Shown piece after piece: positions 27,411 through 39,728 of a DNA stretch of 64,000 bases (position 1 is its first letter; each line of letters opens with the position of its first letter). The stretch spans positions 575,366 through 639,365 of the forward strand of contig CAWGNX010000002.1 of NCBI GenBank assembly GCA_963824065.1, in the 5' to 3' direction. The translations under genes were made by a program, and so were the position numbers. Source of the DNA: an uncultured Chloroflexia bacterium. Lineage in GTDB: Bacteria; Chloroflexota; Anaerolineae; Anaerolineales; DRKV01. The notes beneath the pieces are model-generated. The model ran no database searches, had not been told where the DNA came from, and saw only the letters and a program-made list of their open reading frames with translations.

Positions 27411-28647
27411 GTGTCAGATACCCAGAAGTACGATATTTATTCGCAGGACTTCCGCAAGCGGACGCATGAAATATTCGCCAACATGCGGCAGGCTGACCCA
27501 ATCATTAAACAAGCGGGTTTGGATGGCGAGAACTCCAATCTGGTTCGTCTCCAGTTACGCGACGGTTGAGCAGATGCTGCTGGACGATAAAACCTTTGTG
27601 CGCGATGCGGCCCTGGCGTTTGATCCAGAACAATTACAGGCCTGGCTGGGAGAACCCAACCCGGCGGCCAGCCTGGTTGAAAACCATATGTTGAACAAGG
27701 ACGGGGAAGACCACCGCCGCCTGCGAATGCTGGTCAGCAAAGCCTTCACCCCAAAAGTCATCCAGGCTTTACGGCCGCGCATCCAGGATATCGCAGATAC
27801 ACTGCTCGATGGAGTGCAGGCACATGGGCACATGGAGCTGGTGTCTGACTATGCTTTTCCGCTGCCGATCACCGTTATAGCCGAGCTGATCGGGATTCCC
27901 GCACGCGACCGGGATGCGTTCCGGGCGTGGTCGGATGCGTTTGTCCGCCCGGCTATTTCTCCGGCTGAGCAGCAGGCAGCATTCCAGCAGCTGGGAGCTT
28001 TTGCCATGTATATTCGGAACCTGGTCAAGGAACGCCGGCAGAATCCTCAGGCGGACATGCTCTCAGCGCTCATTTTAGTGGAGGAAGCTGGTGACCGCCT
28101 GACGGAATCCGAGCTGTTCAGCATGCTGGCGCTGCTGATTGTTGCTGGCCACGAAACCACCGTTTCGCTGATTGGCAGCGCTGCCCTGACCTTGCTCCAG
28201 CATCCGGAAATCAATAATGAGCTGCGCAGCCACCCAGAACGTATGGCGGAGGCCCTGGAAGAACTGCTCCGCTTTGAATCCCCGGTTGAACGGGCTTTGA
28301 ACCGGTTCGTGGCCGCTGACACGGAGCTGGCTGGTGCACAGCTGAAGCGCGGCGATATGATTATCGGCATCCTGGGGTCTGCCAATCACGATGAGAGCAA
28401 GTTTACTGATGCTGATCAACTGGATGTGGGGCGCAAACCCAACCCGCATATCGCTTTCGGCAAAGGCGCACACTACTGCCTTGGAGCTCCACTGGCGCGC
28501 CTGGAGGGAGAAATCGCCTTAAATTCGCTCCTGCAGCGCCTGCCTGATCTGCAGCTCAATGCGCCGGTTGATTCATTGGTCTACCGGGATGTGCCGCTTT
28601 TCCGCAGCCTGGTGAGCCTGCCGGTGAGGTGGACGCCCACCGGTTGA
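27411..28647 (+). pseudogene. cytochrome P450, apparently +1 frameshifted near 27531 (or N-terminally truncated)
   Basis: The main frame has I-helix 'AGHETT', 'ELLRFESP' (ExxR) and heme loop 'FGKGAHYCLGAPLARLE'. A 52-codon ORF in another frame (GTG 27411 to TGA 27567, GAGGTG upstream) reads VSDTQKYDIYSQDFRKRTHEIFANMRQADPIIKQAGLDGE. Skipping nt 27531 joins it to TPIWFVSSYATVEQMLLDD, a typical P450 N-terminus. Confidence 0.7.
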
Positions 28648-28809
28648 TAGTCAATCCGGATGGTGAGCTCCAGACGTTGGACAGAATTCGGTTCAGGTTC
28701 GCAGGGGGGTAATGCAATTCGCCTGTATGTTGGTCGGATGGGGAATACGGATTGAGATGGAATTCCTAACTATCGGTAAAAAACCTCGCAGGTCCCGAAA
28801 ATTATTGAA

Positions 28810-31290
<2,481 letters not shown>

Positions 31291-31391
31291 AACAATTAAA
31301 CTCCTGATGTACTGCTCCATATAAACAGCGGGGCGAGTGGAGACGCCCCAGGCGGGAAACATTGTAGCATGGGGTGGGAGGAGCGTGCTCC

Positions 31392-32072
31392 TTAAATAAA
31401 CCGGATCGGGGAAGTGAAGACAAACACCAAGCCAGCGATAAAAACCAGCAGGGCAAAACTGAACAGCATCAGGCGCACGCGCACGTCACCGATGCGCAGG
31501 CTGACCCCACCAAAAAACATCACCATCGCAAACAAAACCGTATAGAGTACGAAACGGCTGCCGATGTCATTGGCCCGGCTGGCTTCCTGCGCTTTTTGCT
31601 CGGCCTGGGCAACCAGACGGTCGGATTCAACCTGGTCGGCATTCACATATTCAGGCATACCGAATGGGGAAGGCGGTGCATCCGGGTTTGTCAATGGTTC
31701 GGTTGCAATCCAGGCATTAAAAGCGGGTTTAAATTCGTCCCGAAAGCGGTCTCGTAAAAAATCTGCCAGACGGATATTATCCTCGCTGATTGCCAGCGCG
31801 TACTGCTCGAATAAGAGCACATCGACAGTGGTTTGGGTGAGCGCCTGGTTGGTCAATCGCGCGGAGCTTGCGCGAGCAGCACCCGCGGCATTGGTTGCAG
31901 CTGCCTGGGTTCCACTCCACAGGCGCGATTGGTACGCGCACCACGCAGAAAAAACTGTGGCAATCGAAATGAGGATGGCTGCAATGAGCTCAATGCGTTG
32001 TTTCCAAATGGGAGTATTCAATCGATGAAAGAAAGTGGCAGGTGCTTCTGGCTCATCGGCTTGGTTCGACAT
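31392..32072 (-). CDS. hypothetical membrane protein
   Basis: 226 aa. TM segments '[21 protein letters not shown]', '[19 protein letters not shown]' and '[19 protein letters not shown]'. I recognise no family. Confidence 0.55.
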   Translation of the reverse strand: MSNQADEPEAPATFFHRLNTPIWKQRIELIAAILISIATVFSAWCAYQSRLWSGTQAAATNAAGAARASSARLTNQALTQTTVDVLLFEQYALAISEDNIRLADFLRDRFRDEFKPAFNAWIATEPLTNPDAPPSPFGMPEYVNADQVESDRLVAQAEQKAQEASRANDIGSRFVLYTVLFAMVMFFGGVSLRIGDVRVRLMLFSFALLVFIAGLVFVFTSPIRFI

Positions 32073-32191
32073 GCGGGGAACCTCGTGTTTAGGGTAGGAT
32101 GGCTGTGTGGGTACATCTGATTGCTTAAGTCCACATTCCCAGGTTTATTCAGCCTGCAAGACGGGACCAAACGATCGAATATATTGGAGGT

Positions 32192-33175
32192 TTACTTCTC
32201 GTAGACCTCGGGATTGACGCAGTGGGGCAGCCGCTCGCCGCGCACCCCGGCGATGAGGTTTTGGGCTGCCAGGTAGGACATCATGCCGCGGGTGTATTCG
32301 CTGGCGCTAGCGATATGTGGTGCAACCAGCAAGTTATCGAGCTCCAGCAGCGGGTGACCAGCTGGCAGCGGCTCGGGGTCGGTTACATCCAGCGCGGCCC
32401 GGGCGATGCGCCGCTCCTTCAACGCTGTGTACAGGGCTTCGGGATCCACCACCGGGCCGCGCGCGGTATTGACCAGCACGGCATTTGGTTTCATCAGGAC
32501 AAATGCTGCCCGGTCAATCATATGATATGTGCTGGCGTTCAAAGGCACGTGCAAGGAAATGAAATCGGACTCCCTGAGCAAAGTCTCAAAATCAACCAGC
32601 TCGGCCTGGTATGGCAAGCCCGCATCCACAGAAGTGTTGGGGTCGTGATACAGCAGGTGCAAGCCAAACCCGGCCGCGCGCCTTGCGACTGCTTGCCCGA
32701 TGCGCCCAAAACCTATCAGACCCAGGGTGGCTCCTGACAGGTCAGAGCCCAATAGTAAGGATGGCTCCCAGGTGAGCCATTTTCCTTCCCGGACATACCG
32801 GTCGCCTTCAACCACTCGCCGGGCGGCAGCGAGCAGCAGCGCCCACGTAAAGTCTGCGGTGGCATCGGTCAGGATGCCAGGTGTGTTTCCGAGTGGTATT
32901 CCCCGAGCGGTGCAGGCGGGTACATCGACATTGTCGTAGCCAACCGCATGGTTACTGACGACTTTGAGCTGTGGCCCGGCTGCATCCAAGAGCTCGCCAT
33001 CGATCCGATCGGTGAGCAGGCATAACAGTCCATCGACCCCGCGCACTTTTTGTTTCAACAGGTCGGAGCAAGGTGGCAGCTGTTCCTGCCAGACTTCGGC
33101 CTGGCAGGCCTCCAGGACGAGATCGAGTCCTTTGCGGGGGATCAGGCGGGTGACAAACACTTTGGGTTTCGGCAT
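32192..33175 (-). CDS. D-isomer-specific 2-hydroxyacid dehydrogenase (glyoxylate/hydroxypyruvate reductase-like)
   Basis: 327 aa. 'LGLIGFGRIGQAVARRA', 'SDFISLHVPL', 'LVNTARGPVVD', 'ALDVTDPEP' and 'PHIASAS'. Confidence 0.9.
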   Translation of the reverse strand: MPKPKVFVTRLIPRKGLDLVLEACQAEVWQEQLPPCSDLLKQKVRGVDGLLCLLTDRIDGELLDAAGPQLKVVSNHAVGYDNVDVPACTARGIPLGNTPGILTDATADFTWALLLAAARRVVEGDRYVREGKWLTWEPSLLLGSDLSGATLGLIGFGRIGQAVARRAAGFGLHLLYHDPNTSVDAGLPYQAELVDFETLLRESDFISLHVPLNASTYHMIDRAAFVLMKPNAVLVNTARGPVVDPEALYTALKERRIARAALDVTDPEPLPAGHPLLELDNLLVAPHIASASEYTRGMMSYLAAQNLIAGVRGERLPHCVNPEVYEK

Positions 33176-33448
33176 ACAAATCTCTCATTTTTACCACATC
33201 GTGTGTGGTTTAGGCTGGGAAGAGCCAGGTATGAGAATATTATGAACGTATATCATCAAGCTCTCGAAAGCGCAAACGAGAAAAACGGATATATTATAAT
33301 CTCCGCACTACCTTGCCAGCCAACCAAAAAAGGGAAATCTACCATTACCGATTTTTAGCGCAGTATGGCACTCCCCGTGTGAACAAAACGACTGTGATTT
33401 GGGTTTTTTCACGTCCAAATATCCACCGGGTCTGGCATTTACGCCGGC

Positions 33449-34355
33449 TTGGCTGCCTGCTTGATCACGCTTATCTGGCTGCTGGCAATCCTGAGCAGGG
33501 TGGCAGCTTCCACGCACTCCAGCCTGGTCATGCTGGCCGAACATTCAAAACAAACGCGCCTGGCTCCAGAACCCCAGCCAACCCCACGCTGGATTCCGCT
33601 GGAAGATGATATATCCATCGCACTCCGCCAATAGCCTCTCAAATTCCCACCGCTTGAAGTCCTGCCCGATTTGCGCACCCTGGCGTCCTCAGGGGTTCTG
33701 CTTGAAATCCAACCGGTCACCTACCAACGCCTATTGCGCTTCAGCAACTCGATCTGCAACAGCGGTATTGGCGCACTCGAGGTCAACGGTCTGCAATTGG
33801 AAGGGCGCAGTAGGGTGCGTGTCCAACAGCATGTCTACCGTGCGGACGGCACTTTCCAGGTGCGGGATGCCGGGGTCTTTTACTTCGACAGCCGCCATGG
33901 TCATTGGCACTGGGAGAATTTTAGCATCTATGAACTCTGGTTGATGTCAACTACCGGGCAGATCACGGAGCTGCTCATAGCGAGCGATAAAATTTGTTAC
34001 TGCCTGATCGATGTGTCGAGGGCAGTTGTTCCTCGCACACCGGGCGGCGATCCTGTGGTGGCTGTCAATGCCCCCGCATATCGCCAATATACCCACTGTG
34101 AAGCGAACCTGCATGGTCTTTCCTCCGGTTGGACAGACAACCTACCGGAACCACCTACCGGGGCAAGCTCTGGACATTACCGGTTTAACGGATGGGCTGT
34201 ATGCCCTGCGCTCAACGGTGGACACTGAGAACCGCATTCGCGAGCAGGATGAGGGAAATAACAGTGCGATAATTTCTATTGTGCTGAGAGCGAACCGGTT
34301 GATTTTGTTGGAAGAGGCCGTCAAATCACTTCCACAGCGCTATGTATATCATTGA
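33449..34355 (+). pseudogene. lysyl-oxidase-like (LOX family, Cu/LTQ amine oxidase) gene with an in-frame TAG (33632-33634) and a frameshift (about 34139)
   Basis: One frame reads TTG 33449 ...LITLIWLLAILSRVAAS...IALRQ * PLKFPPLEVLPDLRTL...RLLRFSNSICNSGIGAL...FYFDSRHGHWHWENFSIYELW...SDKICYCLIDVS...HGLSSGWTD. The next frame then reads TYRNHLPGQALDITGLTDGLYALRSTVDTENRIREQDEGNNSAI. This is block-by-block collinear with human LOX: LPDL, [72 protein letters not shown]. Confidence 0.72.
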
Positions 34356-34736
34356 TGGTTGCTTTCGCACGGCTTCATAATTATGAATGAAAATCAGGGC
34401 GCTCCCCAAGACATTCCGCAGGTGAATGCGCCCATAAACGACCTCCATTCGATTGTATGCGTATCTTTTCGGGATTTCGGTCGGATGGATGCAGCGTTTT
34501 CCGGCATTGCAGCACTGAGGGCTGAGGTACAGCGGCCAATTTTGGCAAATCTGGTTTTCTGCATCCCGGGTAATGCCCAATCAGGTGGCTGGTCATCCGG
34601 GTGCCTGGATACCTTGAAAAACCAGATTAGCCATATGCGCTGTTCCTATTCATTCCGCGGTTTCAGCCATATCGATCAACTTTTCTGGTGCAATAGAATG
34701 GATGCTTTTGTCCCCCTGAATGGTCGTTCAAGTAGC

Positions 34737-36161
34737 TTAGTCTCGCTTTAATACCACGGCGGTGAAATCGTCCTGATTGATGATTGCGCCACTGTGGTTT
34801 TGAACCGCCAGCCACAAATTTTTGCAGATTGTTTTTGCTCTTTCATGCCGGTGAGTGACCAGTATTTCCTTAACCCGCTCAAGTCCAAATTGATTTTCTA
34901 ATGAGTCAACAGCTTCATGCAAGCCATCACTGAAAAACAATGCCAGACCCCCAGGTGGTATGGTCAACTGCTGCTGATCAATAGACATTTGATTAAATAC
35001 TCCGAGCGGTTGTCCTTCTGATAAAGGTAGTTCCAAGATATTTCCATCCCGGTCGAGCACAATAGGCGGCAGGTGCCCGGCCCGAGAATACCGCAAGCTG
35101 CCGGTTTTATAATCCAGGATGCAATACAGCAGCGTCACAAACATCTTTGCGTTCATCTTCATGAGAAATTTATTGACATTTTCTAAAATCTGGCGCTGAT
35201 CATTTTTTCGTCCGGTTTCCACTCGCACCAGACTGAAGGTGACTGCCATAAACAAAGCAGCTGGCAGGCCTTTATCCGAAACGTCACCAATCACGATGCA
35301 AAGACGCTGATTATCCAATGAAATGAAATCATAGAAATCTCCCCCGACAGCCCTGGCAGGTACGATCAAAGATCCAAAATCATAGCCGGAATGTCTTGGC
35401 ATACGTAGAGGGAGAATACTCTTTTGAGCCTGGCGAGCCAATCCCATTTCTCTTTCCACCTGGTCAAGCAATCGTTGAGTTTCATTGAATAATCGAGCAT
35501 TATCCAGTGATTGGCTCATACTGTTGGTTAAGGTTGTCAAAAGATCAATATCTGAGGTAGAAAAGGCATTTTCAATGTCCAGGTTTTGCAAACTAACGAT
35601 TCCCCTGGGCTCGTTCCCTACCAGCCACGGAACCCCCAACCAGGTCTTTGGCACTTCCGTTCCCGGAACGACCTGCATTTTTTTGGTATCGAGGAGATCG
35701 TTAATTTCATCTTGGTTTATCATCAAAGGCTTTTTGGTGCTGACAACTTTGGACCTTGAAGCGTCAATTGGATGCCAACCTGGGATGTGAAGGTGCTGCC
35801 CGCGCTCAATCGCATAATGGTGGTAAATCGTATTGGTTTGGGGATCGTACTGAGAAATCATCACTACCTGGGCGTTGAACGTGTCTCGGAGTTTGTCCCC
35901 GACTAAGTCGTAAATGGCTTGCATATCATATTTGGAGGATAGGCCTTCTTGCACGCTGTTGATCAATGCTAATTCGACCGCGCGTTGATCTAACCCACGG
36001 GCGTAGTATAGTGACGCTGTTTTCCAGTCTCCTCGGGCCGCGGCTTTAGCAGCCGATTTCCTAAAATCCTGATGGTCTTCATTTGAATATCCATCAGAAT
36101 TTGTTATTTCGCCTGACCTTTCGGTATTAGGGGGCATCTTATCCTTCATCTCAACACCCAT
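34737..36161 (-). CDS. GAF-domain PP2C/SpoIIE protein phosphatase
   Basis: 474 aa. A central GAF-like region, then 'ARQAQKSILP', 'GGDFYDFI', 'IVIGDVSDKGLPAALFMA', 'FSDGLHEA' and 'DDFTAVVL'. Confidence 0.85.
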   Translation of the reverse strand: MGVEMKDKMPPNTERSGEITNSDGYSNEDHQDFRKSAAKAAARGDWKTASLYYARGLDQRAVELALINSVQEGLSSKYDMQAIYDLVGDKLRDTFNAQVVMISQYDPQTNTIYHHYAIERGQHLHIPGWHPIDASRSKVVSTKKPLMINQDEINDLLDTKKMQVVPGTEVPKTWLGVPWLVGNEPRGIVSLQNLDIENAFSTSDIDLLTTLTNSMSQSLDNARLFNETQRLLDQVEREMGLARQAQKSILPLRMPRHSGYDFGSLIVPARAVGGDFYDFISLDNQRLCIVIGDVSDKGLPAALFMAVTFSLVRVETGRKNDQRQILENVNKFLMKMNAKMFVTLLYCILDYKTGSLRYSRAGHLPPIVLDRDGNILELPLSEGQPLGVFNQMSIDQQQLTIPPGGLALFFSDGLHEAVDSLENQFGLERVKEILVTHRHERAKTICKNLWLAVQNHSGAIINQDDFTAVVLKRD

Positions 36162-36512
36162 TCCTAACTTCTTTTTCTACAATTGTGCGGAAAGATATGA
36201 GCTGACTGATTAATTATCTACTCTTAATGATAGCGTTAAACCGCTGGAGATAACGGCGAATCCGGGAATTGGTGGAAAAAGCGACCAGAAGGTGAATCCA
36301 CCATTGGGGCAGGATTGCCAGCTCATGCTCGTAGGATTCTTAAATGATTTCTAATCAGTAGAATATTTATGATTTAACGGATAAGTACTTGGGTTGAATT
36401 CAGTCGCGAATGCTTCGGATGTTGAACTCCAATTCAAGCATTGGGACTAGCAAGCCACCCTATCCGTTCTGAATTATGCGGAAGCTGGATTTCCAGAATA
36501 TCCAGGGCATCT

Positions 36513-36809
36513 TCATTCCACAACCATAACGTTGGCTAGCTCGGAGTCAAGGGCCAGCTCAGTCAATCCCACCTGGATGACGGTCACCGGGTTGTGCTGC
36601 AATACACGCAGAATCTGCCCTGGCAGCAACCCATACGCCTGCAGTTGGGTCCGGCGCTCTGGGGGTAATCCGGGCAGGTAGCCAACCAGCCGGACAGTCG
36701 CTTGAGGCTGGACGGTTGACAGCAAGCGCGAGGTTGGCTCGCCACTAACAGCCGCATCAGCCAGCCGGGCATGGGATTGGAATGAATGTTTCCAGTTCCG
36801 CAGGTTCAT
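36513..36809 (-). CDS. feoA: FeoA-domain protein
   Basis: 98 aa. 'TVRLVGYLPGLPPERRTQLQAYGLLPGQILRVLQHNPVTVIQVGLTELALDSELANVMVV' fits the FeoA SH3-like domain. It lies downstream of feoB, which is not the usual order. Confidence 0.8.
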   Translation of the reverse strand: MNLRNWKHSFQSHARLADAAVSGEPTSRLLSTVQPQATVRLVGYLPGLPPERRTQLQAYGLLPGQILRVLQHNPVTVIQVGLTELALDSELANVMVVE

Positions 36810-36824
36810 GCTCGTCTCCAGGTC

Positions 36825-37055
36825 TCAGGAGGCTGATGTGTGGCTGCGATTGGGTCTGGATGCCAGGCTGCCAATCTTCTGTAAAAATCCAGCAAGTTTT
36901 GATCGTCCCGGGTCCACCGTCTCGTAGCCACAGTTCGGGCAGCAGGTCAACGTACAGCTGCGTTGGATGGGGCAGCTGGGGCAGGCGCTGTTTTCCTGTG
37001 GGGTGTATTCCCAGCCGCACATTGGGCAGACGATCAAGACAGGCAGTGGATCCAT
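36825..37055 (-). CDS. 8-Cys zinc-ribbon-like mini-protein between feoB and feoA
   Basis: 76 aa from the ATG at 37055, 1 nt after the feoB stop: MDPLPVLIVCPMCGWEYTPQENSACPSCPIQRSCTLTCCPNCGYETVDP... The pattern is CxxC-x11-CxxC-x5-C-x3-CCxxC. I recognise no family. Confidence 0.6.
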   Translation of the reverse strand: MDPLPVLIVCPMCGWEYTPQENSACPSCPIQRSCTLTCCPNCGYETVDPGRSKLAGFLQKIGSLASRPNRSHTSAS

Positions 37056-37056
37056 T

Positions 37057-39027
37057 TCAACCTCCCCAACCAACCAGGGCCAGGCCCCGATAGACCAGTC
37101 CGCCTACCAGGAACGCCAAGGGAAAAACGATCAGCGTAATCGCCGCGGCAGTGCGCCAGCTGCGTTCTTTGGCAATCATCATGATGCTGGCGACACAAGG
37201 GATGAACAGGGTAATCGTCACCATCGCAGTGACAATTTGGGCAGGAGAAAGCATGCCCTGGGATTGAAGCACGAACAGGCCTGTCGCGCCAAAATCCCGG
37301 CGCACAAATCCCATGATGAAGGCCCCAGAGGCCTCTGGGGGCAGGCCGAGCCAGCCGGTCACCAGTGGCTGTGCGGCAGTATTCAACCAATTCAAGATGC
37401 CTATGAGATCCAGGGCGAACATGATCAGGGTGCCTATTAAAAACAAGGGTACTACTTCTTTCAAATACCATTCCAGACGAGCCGCTGTTTTGAGTAGGAC
37501 GTTTGAAAACACTGGCATGCGGAGGGGGGGCAGCTCCACCAGCAGGCGGCTGCGTTCGCCGGGTACCAGGCGAGCCGCCAGCCAGCCTACACTCAGAAAG
37601 ACCGCTGCGACCACTCCCGTCCAGATGAGGGTGGCGCCCAGGGATATCCCCGCCAGAAGCCCCATCACTACACCAAGCTGGGCGGAGCAGGGCACCGCCA
37701 GCGCCAGCAGCAGGATGGTGAGCAGGCGTTCGCGGCGAGTTTCCAGGACTCTTGTCGTCAGGGTCGCCATGGTGACACAGCCCAGTCCAAGCACCATGGG
37801 CAGCACCGCTTTGCCATTTAATCCCAGCTTAACAAAAACACGGTTGCTGAGGGCAGCCAGGCGGGGCAAATATCCCAAATCTTCGAGCACACCGAACGCC
37901 AGGAAAAAAGTGAATACGATGGGTAAGATCAGCGCCAGGGCATAGGTCATCCCCATCGTCCACAAGCCAAACTCCCCGACCAGCAGATCCTGAATCAATG
38001 GGAATGGAATCCAGCGCATTACCATGCCAGTCATCCATGGGTTCACAATCTGGCCAAAGAGGTTTTGTTCAAGCAAGCCAACCAGGACACCGGCGCCGAA
38101 TACACCTACAAACCAATACAGGCCGTACAGCACAATTCCCAGGATCCCCACGCCCCAGATTGGATGGGTCGTAAGATTGGATAACCTCTGGCGGAACAGC
38201 AGCTCGCCTGCTGCCTGCTGCTGCTGGATTTCTGGCAGCAGTTCGTTGACATAGTCATATCTGGCAGCCTGCAGTGTATCGACGACTGCACCTCCCAGGC
38301 AGGTCTCCAATTCATTTCGAGCAGACTGCAGCGATGTGAACTCATCTGCAGGCAGGTGGGCTTGCAACCAGCTGCGAGCCGCGGGATCACCACCCAGCCA
38401 AAGTAATGCCAGGGCGCGCGGGCGGATGGAGGCCTTCGGAAGGGTGGGAAGGATTTTTGACAGCGCAGTTTCGATTTCGTCCGGATAGTTAAGCTGAAAG
38501 TCTGGGACGGCGGCACACAGCAGCGCCTTGCGCAGCTCCGTCAGCCCTTGGCCGCGCACCGCAGTTGTAGATATGACAGCTGTATTTAACTTGGAAGCCA
38601 GTAATTGCGTGTCAATATTGACCCGGTGCTGGCGAGCTTCATCCGCCATATTAAGAGCCAAAACCAGCGGCAGTCCCAGCTCGGCAAGCTGGATGGTCAG
38701 ATAGAGTGTACGGGCTAGGTTTTTCGCATCACCCACCTGCAGGACTGCGCTCAGAGGCTCTTCAAGCAGTACTCGGGCAGTGACCTGTTCATCTTCTGAA
38801 GCAGAAGGGAAAGTAACCACACCAGGGGTGTCTACCAGCGTGATATCGGGCATGTCACGCACCTGGCTGCGGACGATTTCAACGGTCGTGCCCGGATAAT
38901 TCGAAACGATCACTCGCTGTCCGGTCAGTTGGTGGAAAATCGCTGATTTACCAACATTGGGGTGTCCAATTAATGCAATTGCGCGGCTGTTGGCGTTCGG
39001 CAGTGCAGGCGAATTCGTCACTGCCAT
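37057..39027 (-). CDS. feoB: ferrous iron transporter FeoB (G-domain + polytopic permease)
   Basis: 'IALIGHPNVGKSAIFHQLTG' (G1), 'LVDTPGV' (G3), then a large TM domain. I prefer the ATG at 39027, 4 nt after the dtxR stop. The ORF track extends to the TTG at 39045. Confidence 0.93.
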   Translation of the reverse strand: MAVTNSPALPNANSRAIALIGHPNVGKSAIFHQLTGQRVIVSNYPGTTVEIVRSQVRDMPDITLVDTPGVVTFPSASEDEQVTARVLLEEPLSAVLQVGDAKNLARTLYLTIQLAELGLPLVLALNMADEARQHRVNIDTQLLASKLNTAVISTTAVRGQGLTELRKALLCAAVPDFQLNYPDEIETALSKILPTLPKASIRPRALALLWLGGDPAARSWLQAHLPADEFTSLQSARNELETCLGGAVVDTLQAARYDYVNELLPEIQQQQAAGELLFRQRLSNLTTHPIWGVGILGIVLYGLYWFVGVFGAGVLVGLLEQNLFGQIVNPWMTGMVMRWIPFPLIQDLLVGEFGLWTMGMTYALALILPIVFTFFLAFGVLEDLGYLPRLAALSNRVFVKLGLNGKAVLPMVLGLGCVTMATLTTRVLETRRERLLTILLLALAVPCSAQLGVVMGLLAGISLGATLIWTGVVAAVFLSVGWLAARLVPGERSRLLVELPPLRMPVFSNVLLKTAARLEWYLKEVVPLFLIGTLIMFALDLIGILNWLNTAAQPLVTGWLGLPPEASGAFIMGFVRRDFGATGLFVLQSQGMLSPAQIVTAMVTITLFIPCVASIMMIAKERSWRTAAAITLIVFPLAFLVGGLVYRGLALVGWGG

Positions 39028-39031
39028 GCTG

Positions 39032-39694
39032 TCAACCGCCCTCAATTAGGGATGTGACTAATATTTTTTCCGCTGCGTCCTGGGTCAGGTGTAAACTGCC
39101 GCCCTTAATGGCGAGCAGCAGGTCGCCTGCCAGGCCGCGTCCCAGGATGCGTACTGAACTACCGGGCTGCAGGCCCTGGGCAGTCAGAAAGATACTGAGC
39201 TCCGCAGGTGCTTCTCTGTAGCGCACGGATTGGCCGGGTATCACCTCTGCCAGGGTGAGAGCCCCAGAATCTTCGCTTACAATGCCTGGTATGCCAGCGG
39301 GTTTTGCCAGATAGTTTTCCAACCTCCCAGCGGCTTCTTCGGTGGTTGCGTGTTCGAAGTCGCAGGCCAATGCTTCCGCCTGGGCCGCATCCAGGCACAG
39401 GTGATCGACCAGGAAAGCCTGCCACAGCCGCCTGTAGCGCAGGATGCGCTCCGCCTGCGAACGGCCTAATTCGGTGAGCTGGACGCCCTTGTAGGGCTGG
39501 TAAATTAATAATCCCGCCTCTTCCAACGTGTGAACCATCTGGTTGGCAGAAACCGGCTGGATAGCCAGTGCCTCCGCAAGGGTGGCAAGCGGGATAGGTT
39601 CGGGGCTACCTGATTCCACCAACCGGGTGGTTGTCAGCAGGTACATATCTGCACTTTCACTGGATGTTCGTTGGAAGGTGTTATGGTTTTCCAT
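39032..39694 (-). CDS. DtxR/IdeR/MntR-family metal-dependent repressor with C-terminal FeoA/SH3-like domain
   Basis: 220 aa. 'EDYLLT'-like 'ADMYLLTTTRLVE', HTH 'LATLAEALAIQPVSANQMVHTLEEAGLLIYQPYKGVQLTELG', dimerisation 'RYRRLWQAFLVDHL', and a C-terminal 'LTLAEVIPGQSVRYREA...GLQPGSSVRIL' SH3-like domain. Confidence 0.88.
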   Translation of the reverse strand: MENHNTFQRTSSESADMYLLTTTRLVESGSPEPIPLATLAEALAIQPVSANQMVHTLEEAGLLIYQPYKGVQLTELGRSQAERILRYRRLWQAFLVDHLCLDAAQAEALACDFEHATTEEAAGRLENYLAKPAGIPGIVSEDSGALTLAEVIPGQSVRYREAPAELSIFLTAQGLQPGSSVRILGRGLAGDLLLAIKGGSLHLTQDAAEKILVTSLIEGG

Positions 39695-39712
39695 AATAAA
39701 TTGCCTTAATTC

Positions 39713-39728
39713 TTATGGCTAACCATAA
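39713..39728. promoter_or_regulatory. candidate DtxR-family operator (palindrome TTATGG-CTAA-CCATAA)
   Basis: Perfect 6-bp arms, 19-34 nt upstream of the dtxR start. The right half, GGCTAACCATAA, resembles the IdeR/DtxR iron-box half GGCTAACCTAA. Confidence 0.45.

Noticed and set aside
33632-33634. The in-frame TAG in the LOX-like gene read as a recoded (pyrrolysine or readthrough) codon.
   Set aside because: No pyl genes lie in the window. The same gene also carries a frameshift, and other genes here use TAG as an ordinary stop (for example the ATL gene). Pseudogenisation is the simpler explanation.
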